From: Gemmatimonadaceae bacterium | Lineage (GTDB): Bacteria > Gemmatimonadota > Gemmatimonadetes > Gemmatimonadales > Gemmatimonadaceae | DNA: 64,000 nt | Direction of reading: 5' to 3' | Assembly (NCBI GenBank): GCA_051859245.1 | Contig: JBHYGA010000007.1 | Location: 64,001 to 128,000, forward strand | Shown: piece by piece, positions 19,284 to 28,365 of the stretch | Layout of the letters: each line of letters opens with the position of its first letter | Position numbering within the stretch: position 1 is the stretch's first letter | Notes under the pieces: generated by a model | What the model was told of the DNA's origin: nothing | The model's input: only the letters and a program-made list of their open reading frames with translations | Database searches by the model: none | Position numbers and translations under genes: made by a program

Positions 19284-20240
19284 CTACACACTCGCTGCAA
19301 GCAGCGACTCAAGCTTGTCGAATGAACCCGTCCACCCACTCGTCATCCCCGCGCGTTCCTCGATAAACGCCGAGATTTCATGTGGTGCCGCGGTTCCGAA
19401 AACGGACGTGCGAAGTGTGACGCGCGTGTGTCCCGCCGCTTCTTCAGTAAACTGCACGGTGGTGTACAGCGCTTCGGGCCAGTCCGGCGCGCCGGGATGT
19501 CGCGCAATGCCTTCGTGTTCATCCGTGAATACCTGCGTGTACTCGATGCGGTGCGGGCGATCGACCGCGAGGTAGTGGATGCGTCCATACATCGTGAACT
19601 CACCGTTCGACATGGCGAACACATTCTCGCCGCCGCTCGCGATATTCGCGCGACGAATCTCCATCGTGAAGCCAACCGGTGGCAGCCACTGCGCCAGGTG
19701 TTCGGGCGTGGTAAACATATCGAAGAGGGTATTGATCGGCGCGTCGAAACTGCGATTGATCACGAATACGTCTTCGTTTGACGCCTGCTTCTCGAGATAC
19801 TCGGCCAGTCGATCCCACGTGGAGTTGCCACCAGCCGCCTTGATGAACACGCGCGCGTTCTGCGCTGCTTCCGCCGACTCGAGTGTCATACACAGTTCAA
19901 GCTCTGTACGATCACCGAGATCGCGAAAATTCACTGTCATGCGAAACATCGGTGCGGTGTCGGCCGACGTCGCGCCGTGATCGTACACCAATCGCGACTG
20001 CGGCACGACTTCGTGATAGCGGGTAAAGTTCGGCCAGTCTTTGCCGTCGGGACCGTGCATGGTATACACCCACGTGCCTCCCACGCGCAGATCTTTGCTG
20101 TGTGTGGTGATCGTGAATCCACGCGGCCCCCACCACTGCGATGCGTGCTTGTCGTTGGTGTAGGCTTCCCACACAAGCGCTACCGGCGCTTCATACACAC
20201 GGGTGATGCGAATTTCGCGAGCGCTCTCAGCAGTGGTCAT
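19284..20240 (-). CDS. Tandem SRPBCC (AHSA1/START-like) domain protein
   Basis: Two repeats: ITRVYEAP..LVWEAYT..QWWGPRGF and INRSFDAP..MFTTPEHLAQWLPP..GWTGSFDKL. Confidence 0.9.
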   Translation of the reverse strand: MTTAESAREIRITRVYEAPVALVWEAYTNDKHASQWWGPRGFTITTHSKDLRVGGTWVYTMHGPDGKDWPNFTRYHEVVPQSRLVYDHGATSADTAPMFRMTVNFRDLGDRTELELCMTLESAEAAQNARVFIKAAGGNSTWDRLAEYLEKQASNEDVFVINRSFDAPINTLFDMFTTPEHLAQWLPPVGFTMEIRRANIASGGENVFAMSNGEFTMYGRIHYLAVDRPHRIEYTQVFTDEHEGIARHPGAPDWPEALYTTVQFTEEAAGHTRVTLRTSVFGTAAPHEISAFIEERAGMTSGWTGSFDKLESLLAASV

Positions 20241-20613
20241 CGGTCGAGTGGTGTGAGGTGTCGGTGTCTTTCGCTCCGGCAGGCGCAGCGGTGGTCACGG
20301 TCTTCAGGTATTCGCCGAGGCGATCAAGGCTCGCTTCCATGTGCGCGCGGTACTCCTCCATCCACGCGGCCACATCGTGCAGTGGTTCGGCGTTGAGCGT
20401 GCACGGACGCCACTGCGCCTCGCGGCCCTTGGTCACCAGCCCGGCCTTTTCCAACACCTTGAGGTGCTTGGTCACTGCGGGCAGTGTCATGCGGCCGAGG
20501 AACGGCTCGGCCAGCTGGGTCACGCTCGCCTCGCCATGCCTGAGACGCGACAGGATCGCGCGGCGGGTGGGGTCGGCGAGGGCAGAGAAGGTTTGGCTGA
20601 GGGCGTCTTGCAT
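20227..20613 (-). CDS. ArsR/SmtB family transcriptional regulator
   Basis: FSALADPTRRAIL...AVTKHLKVLEKAGLV..GREAQWRPC; overlaps the SRPBCC gene. Confidence 0.93.
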   Translation of the reverse strand: MQDALSQTFSALADPTRRAILSRLRHGEASVTQLAEPFLGRMTLPAVTKHLKVLEKAGLVTKGREAQWRPCTLNAEPLHDVAAWMEEYRAHMEASLDRLGEYLKTVTTAAPAGAKDTDTSHHSTDDHC

Positions 20614-20616
20614 AAA

Positions 20617-20646
20617 ATACCAAAGGGTTAAATAACCAGAAGGTAT
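20617..20646. promoter_or_regulatory. Probable ArsR operator (palindrome of two ACC-N4-GGT units)
   Basis: ATACC-aaag-GGTTA-aa-TAACC-agaa-GGTAT directly upstream of the ArsR ATG in an AT-rich patch. Confidence 0.7.
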
Positions 20647-20748
20647 AATAAGCAGTCATTTTGATCGCGCAAGGGCTGGCACGGCGGTCAAAGAACACTG
20701 CATCTTCGGCACCATCTGCAGGCACTCACCTCGACATCCTCAGGCACC

Positions 20749-22452
20749 ATGCGTCGCACACCCATTGGTTACGCCGTCGCGTTCGTTGGCGCGCTTATCA
20801 CGTTCGCCACGTCGGCTCAGGCCCAACACATCGTGGGCACACGTGACGCGCGGTCGCTGCGCACGGACAGCCTCTTTCAACGCTTCGACCGCACCGACTC
20901 TCCCGGCTGCGCGGTAGGCGTCTATCAAGACGGCAAACTGCAGTACGGACGCGGCTACGGTATGGCCAGTCTCGAACACGGCGTGCCGCTCAACACGCGC
21001 ACCGTGCTCGACGTGGGCTCCATTTCCAAGCAGTTCACAGCCATGGCCATTCTCATCCTCGAGAAGGACGGCAAACTCTCGCTCGAGGATCCGCTGCGCA
21101 AACACTTCCCCGAGATGCCACCGTACGCTGCCAAGGTGACCCTGCGTCGTGCGCTGAGTCAGACGAGCGGACTGCGCGATCTCTGGACCATGTGGGGGCA
21201 GACCGGTCGCACTTTCGCGGGCGACACGATTGATGCGCTGCGGGTGATTACGCGTTCGGCCGAAACCAACTACGTCCCTGGCGAGAAGTATCTGTACACG
21301 AACTCGGGGTGGATTCTGGCCGCGCAACTCGTGTATCGCCTGACCGGCAAAACGCTCGCGCAGTTTGCCGAAGAGCGCATGTTCGCACCACTCGGTATGC
21401 GCGACACGCGATTCTTTTCCGATAACGCCGCTGTCATTCCGAATCTCGCCACCGCGTACTCGCCACGCGCCGGTGGTTTTCGTGTCGCACGCAACACGTA
21501 TGACGGCGCGATCATGGGTGCGGGTGGTGTGCACACCACCATCGAAGACTATGGTCGCTGGCTCAACAACTACGACGATGCCACCGTTGGTGGACGCGAT
21601 GTGATCACCACCATGACCACGGCCACAACGCTCAACGATGGCAAACCCGCCAAGTCTGGGGCAACGCAGGCGTACGCCGTTGGGCTGAACGTGGGCACGC
21701 TGCGCGGACTGCCCGTGGTCTCTCACGGCGGGAGCTGGGCGGGCTACCGCGCACACTTTCTGCGTTTTCCTGAACAGCGATTTGCCGTGTCAACATTTTG
21801 CAATCACAGTGCTGCCGGTCCGGACTCACTCGCGCGCAACGTTGCCGCAATCTACCTCGGCGAAAAAATGCGCCCCGACAGTGCGGCCCTGTGGCGCGCT
21901 GCACTCGCGAAAGCGTCGCCGGTGCAGATGCCGCTTGACCAACTGCGCGCGCTCCCGGGTGTGTGGCGCAACGTTGAGCGCGGCGAAGTTCGGCGTACCA
22001 GGCTTTCCGGAGACACACTGTACCTCCTGACGGGTGAGCGTACCCGTCTCGCGCCAATTGCCCGAGGCGGGTTTCGTGCCGGCGCCGATTCCGAGATCGG
22101 ATTTCAAGGCGAGGCGGGCTCGCTCACCCGAATGCTCGTAATCGGAAGTGCAGACACCGCTGTGTTCACGCGCGCTGACACGGTGGTGTTGAACGCCGCA
22201 AGACTCGCGGAATACGCTGGTGAATATCGCAATGACGAGATCGAGACGACGCATCGTTGGGTCGTCGAGAAAGAGCAGTTGATGCTCATTGCAAACGAGC
22301 GTCACATGGGGGCGCTCGAGCCGACGTATGCTGACGGCTTTCTGCGTGGTGCTTCGGTGATTGATGTGCAGCGGGACGGGCGCGGACGCATCACGGGTTA
22401 CACCGTGCAGTCAGGGCGCGTGCGTAACCTGCGCTTTACGAGAGTGCGATAG
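20749..22452 (+). CDS. Serine hydrolase, beta-lactamase family
   Basis: SISK, YTN, HGG motifs; PGCAVGV; signal peptide AQA-Q. Confidence 0.88.
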   Translation: MRRTPIGYAVAFVGALITFATSAQAQHIVGTRDARSLRTDSLFQRFDRTDSPGCAVGVYQDGKLQYGRGYGMASLEHGVPLNTRTVLDVGSISKQFTAMAILILEKDGKLSLEDPLRKHFPEMPPYAAKVTLRRALSQTSGLRDLWTMWGQTGRTFAGDTIDALRVITRSAETNYVPGEKYLYTNSGWILAAQLVYRLTGKTLAQFAEERMFAPLGMRDTRFFSDNAAVIPNLATAYSPRAGGFRVARNTYDGAIMGAGGVHTTIEDYGRWLNNYDDATVGGRDVITTMTTATTLNDGKPAKSGATQAYAVGLNVGTLRGLPVVSHGGSWAGYRAHFLRFPEQRFAVSTFCNHSAAGPDSLARNVAAIYLGEKMRPDSAALWRAALAKASPVQMPLDQLRALPGVWRNVERGEVRRTRLSGDTLYLLTGERTRLAPIARGGFRAGADSEIGFQGEAGSLTRMLVIGSADTAVFTRADTVVLNAARLAEYAGEYRNDEIETTHRWVVEKEQLMLIANERHMGALEPTYADGFLRGASVIDVQRDGRGRITGYTVQSGRVRNLRFTRVR

Positions 22453-22455
22453 CGC

Positions 22456-23325
22456 CTATTCCTTGGCCGCTGTGCTCGATGCACGCAGCATCATTGTTGC
22501 GGCGTACACCACCACCACAATCACCAGCCAGCGCAGCAAATTGATCGGCAGTGACGTCACGAGCAGCGCCGCTACCAGCACGCCGGGAATACCACCAAGT
22601 GTAAGACCGAGTGCGGGCTGATTCACCTGACTGCGCTGTTTCACAAACGCGATGCTGCCAAGTACCGCCGCGAAGGCGCCACTTCCCATCATGATCGGGA
22701 ACGCGGCACGCGGATCCATGCCGAGCACACTGAGCAGCACAAACGTTGGTCCGTAGTTGCCGACGCCGAGCATGAGCAGCGCGCCCAGCACAAAGTTGAC
22801 GCCTAGCGCAATAAAGAGTGCACTGCCGCTGAGCGATAGCGCGGTACCGCCCAGCGGCATGGCGTTGAGTTGTGCAACCGTCATGAACAGCGCGGCCACC
22901 AGCAACGCGGTGCCCATGCCAATCTGAATCGGGCGCCGCGGCAAGCGGGAAACAACACGGGCGCCCGCAAAGCCGCCAACGATGGCAACGGCGATCATGA
23001 GCAGCAGCAGTGTGGAGTCAATCTCCACTTTGGTAATGAAGATGAGCGCCTGCGCGACCACCGGCAGTGTGAGCCCGACAATCATCGTGCCCGGCAATCG
23101 TTCATCCGGCACCATGCGCAGCGTCTTGAACGCGGTGGTGGTAGTGGCCAGTGATCCGATGCCAAGCGTGTCGAAGAAGTTCACAAAGAACCCGATCACG
23201 ACCTGCACCAGCGTTGGGCGCAGGCGCTCGGGGGAATGTGGGTCGACGGACTGCCACCACCGCCACAGAAAGAACGCGGCTTGCAGCACGATGGCGGCGA
23301 GGAGAAACTTCCGGATATCGGTCAC
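22456..23325 (-). CDS. TauE/SafE (TSUP) family membrane transporter
   Basis: FFDTLGIGS, AAFPIMMGS, GGIPGVLVAA; many TM helices. Confidence 0.8.
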   Translation of the reverse strand: MTDIRKFLLAAIVLQAAFFLWRWWQSVDPHSPERLRPTLVQVVIGFFVNFFDTLGIGSLATTTTAFKTLRMVPDERLPGTMIVGLTLPVVAQALIFITKVEIDSTLLLLMIAVAIVGGFAGARVVSRLPRRPIQIGMGTALLVAALFMTVAQLNAMPLGGTALSLSGSALFIALGVNFVLGALLMLGVGNYGPTFVLLSVLGMDPRAAFPIMMGSGAFAAVLGSIAFVKQRSQVNQPALGLTLGGIPGVLVAALLVTSLPINLLRWLVIVVVVYAATMMLRASSTAAKE

Positions 23326-23378
23326 GGCGCAAATCTACAGCCTGCGTTCACGAAATATGAGGCAACAACGAGGTTGTC

Positions 23379-23732
23379 ATGAGCACGAACGATGAGTTCA
23401 CGCTGTTCGACCTGAAGGTAGAAGTCGTGGCCAACCGCGGCCGCATGATGTGCCACGAGCGCATCGGCGATTACTTCGAGGTGCGATCAGGTACGATCGT
23501 CATGCCTAACGGCCAGGGCTTTCCGCTCTACGCCATGGCAGCGTTGTTGCCGCTGTTGCCCGCCAAGCAGCGTGTCACGCACCCGAACGACTGGATGACG
23601 ACCGACTCGGATATTGCCTGTCCCGACGTGCACTGCGGCGCCGTGTTTCGCATCTCACGCACTGGTACGCGCACATTGCGACATTCCGAAGAAAGCGGCG
23701 AGTCGCTCTCCAGTACGCGCGAGCACCCGTGA
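23379..23732 (+). CDS. TIGR04076-like conserved protein
   Basis: FTLFDLKVEV..C..GDYFEV...LLPLLPAKQR...DWMTTD..IACPD..CG pattern; GAGG RBS. Confidence 0.7.
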   Translation: MSTNDEFTLFDLKVEVVANRGRMMCHERIGDYFEVRSGTIVMPNGQGFPLYAMAALLPLLPAKQRVTHPNDWMTTDSDIACPDVHCGAVFRISRTGTRTLRHSEESGESLSSTREHP

Positions 23733-24778
23733 GCCAGATCGCACGACGCGCGCTCTCGCCGGACTACGATATTCCGCCCATCATTGCTGGCGCGTGGCAG
23801 CTCTCGGAAGGGCACTCAGCAAACGCGATCGATCGCCAGGAGTTGTTTGCGGCGTGGGACCTGCTCGCGGCCCACGGGTGCGATACGTTCGATTGCGCGG
23901 ATATTTACACTGGCGTTGAATCGCTGATCGGTGATTACCGCGCGGCGCGGCCGGGCCAACGTGTGCAGGTGCACACCAAGTTCGTGCCGGATCGCGATGC
24001 CCTGATGCATGTTGATCGAGCGTACGTGACACGCATTGTTGAGCGCTCACTGTCGCGGCTGCGCACCGACGCACTCGACCTCGTGCAGTTCCACTGGTGG
24101 CGCTACGACGTGCCCGGCATGGTGGACATTGCGGGTGTGCTCACTGACCTGCGCCAGGCGGGCAAGATCCGGAATCTAGCGCTCACCAACACCAACTCGG
24201 CGTACACGCGTGCACTGCTTGACGCTGGTATTCCGCTGGTGGCAACGCAGGTGCAGTACTCAGTGCTTGATCGCCGCGCCGCCGCGCAACTCGCACCGCT
24301 CGCTGTTGCACACAATATGCAGCTGCTGTGTTACGGCTCGGTGGCTGGCGGATTCCTGAGCGAAGCGTGGCGCGATGTGAATGAGCCAGATGGGACGCTC
24401 GAGAACCGTTCGCTCATCAAATATCGTCTCGTGATCAATGACTGCGGCGGATGGCCGGCGCTTCAGCAGCTGCTCACGGTGCTCGGCGATATCGCATCGC
24501 GGCACCAGGTGGGTATTGCGAACGTCGCGCAAAGATGGGTGCTCGACCAGGCAGGTACCGGTGCGGTGATCGTGGGTTTCCGCACCGTCGCGAGCGCGCG
24601 GCGTACCGTGTCTACGCTTGGTCTTCAGCTGAGCGCAGATGATCACGCCCAGCTTGAGGCAGTGCTGTCCGGCATGCCGATGCCTGCGGGTGATGTGTAC
24701 GACGCCGAGCGTGATCCGCACTCGCCGCACGCCGGGATTATTCGGTACAATCTGAATACGGTGAGCGCGGGCGAGTAG
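23729..24778 (+). CDS. Aldo/keto reductase
   Basis: GAWQL, TFDCADIY, HTKFVP, SLSRL..DLVQFHWW, QVQYSVLDRR; GTGA overlap with upstream gene. Confidence 0.9.
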   Translation: MSQIARRALSPDYDIPPIIAGAWQLSEGHSANAIDRQELFAAWDLLAAHGCDTFDCADIYTGVESLIGDYRAARPGQRVQVHTKFVPDRDALMHVDRAYVTRIVERSLSRLRTDALDLVQFHWWRYDVPGMVDIAGVLTDLRQAGKIRNLALTNTNSAYTRALLDAGIPLVATQVQYSVLDRRAAAQLAPLAVAHNMQLLCYGSVAGGFLSEAWRDVNEPDGTLENRSLIKYRLVINDCGGWPALQQLLTVLGDIASRHQVGIANVAQRWVLDQAGTGAVIVGFRTVASARRTVSTLGLQLSADDHAQLEAVLSGMPMPAGDVYDAERDPHSPHAGIIRYNLNTVSAGE

Positions 24779-24870
24779 CGCGGCGCCTGTATACGCAGGG
24801 CGCTGGCCTATGCGCGGCGCCGAGCTAGATGCAGTTTGCCTCTCCCGAAACCCCATCCCGAGGGCATCGT

Positions 24871-26658
24871 ATGGATACCATGGCCCTCAACGATCCCACG
24901 CCCTCGCCTGAGTTCCTCGCCCTGCAAGCGCAGGTTGCCGGCCGCTACTCCCTCGACCGCGAGATTGGCCGCGGCGGCATGGGCATTGTGTACCTCGCGC
25001 GCGAAGTCGCCCTCGACCGTCTCGTGGCGATCAAACTGCTGCCGCCCGCCCTGGCGGCCGATCAGAGACTGCGCGATCGATTCTTGCGTGAGGCGCGAAC
25101 GGCCGCGCAGCTGTCGCACCCGCACATTGTGTCGATCTACGCGGTGGAGTCGCACGAGTCACTCGTGTTTTTTGTCATGGAATACATTGCCGGTGAAACG
25201 CTCGGCGAACGTATTCGCACACGTGGGGCGTTGCCCACGGCCGATGCGCTGCGCGTGATGCAGGAAGTGAGTTGGGCAATCGCGCACGCGCACGCGCGTG
25301 GCGTGGTGCATCGTGATATCAAGCCGGACAACATACTGATCGAAGCCGGCAGCGACCGCGCGCTTGTCACGGACTTCGGTATTGCTGCCTTCGGTGATAC
25401 CAACACGCCGGTCGGCGGGGCCATGGGCACGATGCATTTCATGAGTCCGGAACAGGCGCTCGGTAGCGCGCCGGATGTGCGCGGCGATGTGTACGCGCTT
25501 GGAGTCACGGCGTACGCTGCGCTCGCGGGTCGAAAGCCTTTCGAGGGCGCCAACGGCATGGCGGTGGTGGCGCAGCAAGCGAGCAGCGCTGCGCCGGCCA
25601 TTCGCACGTTTGTACCAGCGCTTTCGTCTGCTGCGGCGGCGGTGGTTGATCGGGCGCTTGCACGCGATCCGAGCGAGCGCTGGGCCTCGGTTGAGGAGTT
25701 CGCCGCTGCGCTGCAGGGTGCTCGCGCATTGGCGCCGGCGCTACCGATTCCACTCCGGAAATTTGTGCGTGACGCGCTCGAAAATGGCAATCAGCTGAGT
25801 GCTGTTGTTGGAGGAACCGTCAGTGCCGCGGCCGCTGCCGCGCTCGTCGACGCGTTCGTTACCAATAGTTTTTTGGGGCTTGAAAGCTTTTTGTTCCTGA
25901 TCGTGGCCGCGCTCGGTACGGGTCTCACTTTGCTGTTGCTCGGTACCCAGGTGCAGTCGATTCGTGCGATTGCCAAGGGTGGCTACACACGTGACGCCGC
26001 GTTGCGCGCGGTGCGTCAACTTGACGAAGAAAACGAAGCCGTTGCGCCATCGACGTCTGGTCGACTCGGCGGCCTTTGGGATCGCCCTGTTGCTGTGAAC
26101 GGGATTGGTGTTGGTCTCACCGCGCTCGGCATCATCGGCACCGTGCAGATTCAAAGTCTGCTCACGATTCCGTTCATTCTCACGGCACTCATCATGCCCG
26201 TTGTCACCGTGCGGCGACTGCTTGAGTTGCACGGCGCCAAGGGCTCGTGGTGGGGCAGGCTCTTTCGCACCAAAGCAGGGCAGCGTGTGTGGTCGCTGGC
26301 CACGATCGGTCTGAAGAAGATTCGCTCCGCACCCAGTTCCGGCGAGCCCACCGCGATGGTGCTCGGCAGTGCGATTCACGAGTTGTATGACGCACTGCCA
26401 ACCGCCGAGCGTCAGGTGCTGGCCGATGTGCCAAGCCTGATCGATCGTCTGTCAGCGCGCGCGCTTGATCATGCCGACGCGCAGCGGGTGGATGCGATCA
26501 TGGCGCTCGAAACGCTGCGACTTGATCTCATGAAGCTGCGCGCCGGACAGATCGCGGCGGATGGCATGACCGCTGATTACGAACGATTGCGCGAAGTGGG
26601 CTATCGGGTGGACGCGGTAGGTGAGCTGCGTGATGAGCGGTTGTTGACGCCGGTGTAG
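24871..26658 (+). CDS. Hanks-type Ser/Thr protein kinase with C-terminal TM helices
   Basis: IGRGGMGIVY, VAIK, HRDIKPDN, DFG, GTMHFMSPEQ, DVYALG; start may be 24829, 24871 or 24880. Confidence 0.92.
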   Translation: MDTMALNDPTPSPEFLALQAQVAGRYSLDREIGRGGMGIVYLAREVALDRLVAIKLLPPALAADQRLRDRFLREARTAAQLSHPHIVSIYAVESHESLVFFVMEYIAGETLGERIRTRGALPTADALRVMQEVSWAIAHAHARGVVHRDIKPDNILIEAGSDRALVTDFGIAAFGDTNTPVGGAMGTMHFMSPEQALGSAPDVRGDVYALGVTAYAALAGRKPFEGANGMAVVAQQASSAAPAIRTFVPALSSAAAAVVDRALARDPSERWASVEEFAAALQGARALAPALPIPLRKFVRDALENGNQLSAVVGGTVSAAAAAALVDAFVTNSFLGLESFLFLIVAALGTGLTLLLLGTQVQSIRAIAKGGYTRDAALRAVRQLDEENEAVAPSTSGRLGGLWDRPVAVNGIGVGLTALGIIGTVQIQSLLTIPFILTALIMPVVTVRRLLELHGAKGSWWGRLFRTKAGQRVWSLATIGLKKIRSAPSSGEPTAMVLGSAIHELYDALPTAERQVLADVPSLIDRLSARALDHADAQRVDAIMALETLRLDLMKLRAGQIAADGMTADYERLREVGYRVDAVGELRDERLLTPV

Positions 26659-26677
26659 ATGAATCCAGGAGGCAGGG

Positions 26678-28192
26678 TCACCCCCACGCCGCCAGCACTG
26701 CCTCCACCTCATCCGACGCGTCAAGCGATTCCAGCGCAGCGCCCGCTTCCAGCAACTGCTTCGCGATGGCAGCAAACGCACCATTGCGAGGCCCGTTGAG
26801 TGAGCCGTGGCAGCACCAGCCGAGCGGCGTGCTCTGATACCTCGCGTCGCGAGTCGCAAGCAGCGCGCGCCCCGCGGGATAGCCAAGAATCGCAGCCACG
26901 CTGTCGTGTGAGCCTTGCCACGCCGCACAGTGCAACGCGGTACCGGAGTCGTGTCCTGGTGTTGACGGGTCGAATCCCAGCTCGAGCATTAGTGCAACAG
27001 CGGGCGCATTGCCGTCCCACGCGGCATCGCTGATCAGGCGTTGATCGGCAGCGCTGAGCGATGTGACAAGCGCAGGATGATCACGCAGCAGTGTGTGCGC
27101 TCGCGCGCGATCAGCGCTTCGACACGCCAAACGCAACTGCTGTAGCGGTGTCGCAAACGGCAGCATTGCGTTGACCGTGTCGGGATGCCCGAACTGCGCG
27201 GCCACATCAAGCGGTGATCGATTGCTGCCAATCGTCCAGAGATAAATGTGTGAACTGCTGGGCGGTTGTTCTGCGTACTCGCCGCGCCCCGTCTGTAGAT
27301 CAAGCAGCGTTGGATCACGTTGCAGCATGGTGACCACATCGCCTGTGCGCCCCAAGGCAGTGGCGAGAAAAATATCCGCAGCTGCACCGCGCTCCACGAG
27401 ATATTGCGCCAGTGCGTAGCGGCCCGCACCCTGTGATCGTTCGAGCATCCACTCGGCCGGCGTTGCGCGATGGTCCACGTCGCGCGCGTTGATGTCAGCG
27501 CCGGCATCGAGCAACAGATCGACCACACGTTGCGAACGCGCAAAATGCAGCGGCGTTTGTCCGTCACCGCCACGTTCCATGGCGCGTGTACGATCGTGAG
27601 CCAGTATGGCCGACATCGCTGACACGTTGTCGAGGTGAGCAGCAGCGCACGCGTCCATCACGGCACCCGCCGCGATTAAACGATCCGCCGCCTCTCCGGT
27701 TGCGACGTGCAACGCGTGAAAACCGCCGGCCCACCAGTTGCTGCGTTGATTTGAATTTGCGCCAAACTCAAGCAGAACCTCTACCATCGCCGCATCGTTG
27801 GCACAGGCCACGATCGCCGGCGAGTTAAACGGGAACAGCGGCGCGTTGATCAGCGGCCGGAACTCCGCGTGCTGCGAGAACAGCTGACGTGCCGCCGCCG
27901 CGTCGCCCCGCTGCATGGCGTAGTGCAGCTGTTCATGCGGCGCGCGTGCCGCAGCGATGCGATCGGTAATGTGCGTTTTGAGCGCACTCCAGTCGTGAAA
28001 GCCGTACTCGCGCGCCAGGACAAACTGCGCGTCGGCCAGCACGATTGTGTTTTTGTCAGGCAGCACCGCACGCACACGCGCGGTTGCCGTGGGATCGGCC
28101 GCGGCGTAGTCACGCAGCAGTTCTTTCGCCTGAGTTTTTTGCTGCGCGAGATCAACACGCGCGGGCAAGGAACGTGTAAACGGTGACACCAT
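26678..28192 (-). CDS. Ankyrin repeat protein with a small N-terminal helical domain
   Basis: GQTPLHFA..VDLLLDAGADIN, GTALHCAAWQG, STPLGW; N-terminal LPARVDL..QAKELL...AQFVLAREYGF.DW..L. Confidence 0.88.
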   Translation of the reverse strand: MVSPFTRSLPARVDLAQQKTQAKELLRDYAAADPTATARVRAVLPDKNTIVLADAQFVLAREYGFHDWSALKTHITDRIAAARAPHEQLHYAMQRGDAAAARQLFSQHAEFRPLINAPLFPFNSPAIVACANDAAMVEVLLEFGANSNQRSNWWAGGFHALHVATGEAADRLIAAGAVMDACAAAHLDNVSAMSAILAHDRTRAMERGGDGQTPLHFARSQRVVDLLLDAGADINARDVDHRATPAEWMLERSQGAGRYALAQYLVERGAAADIFLATALGRTGDVVTMLQRDPTLLDLQTGRGEYAEQPPSSSHIYLWTIGSNRSPLDVAAQFGHPDTVNAMLPFATPLQQLRLACRSADRARAHTLLRDHPALVTSLSAADQRLISDAAWDGNAPAVALMLELGFDPSTPGHDSGTALHCAAWQGSHDSVAAILGYPAGRALLATRDARYQSTPLGWCCHGSLNGPRNGAFAAIAKQLLEAGAALESLDASDEVEAVLAAWG

Positions 28193-28306
28193 GGAACGCC
28201 TCCTTCGTGGTGGCCGGCGTCCGCACCATCGGCCCGAAGAGGGCGTGTGGAGTCATGCGAGTGCGTGGGTGGGCGCTGCCCTTTCCGCGGACCGGAGGCG
28301 TTCCAT
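28191..28306 (-). promoter_or_regulatory. Candidate structured 5' leader RNA sequestering the RBS and start codon of the ankyrin gene
   Basis: Perfect 13 bp inverted repeat 28191-28203 / 28294-28306 covering GGAGG and the AU of AUG; internal GUCCGC/GCGGAC and GGGC/GCCC stems. Confidence 0.6.
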
Positions 28307-28365
28307 CACGCCGAGCCGCAATATCTGAGCACCATGGCGTTTTGGCAAGCGTGGTATTCCGCCCG

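Noticed and set aside
6805..22452. Serine hydrolases and ABC-F as antibiotic resistance genes
   Set aside because: Motifs show only family membership; most members are peptidases/esterases or housekeeping translation factors
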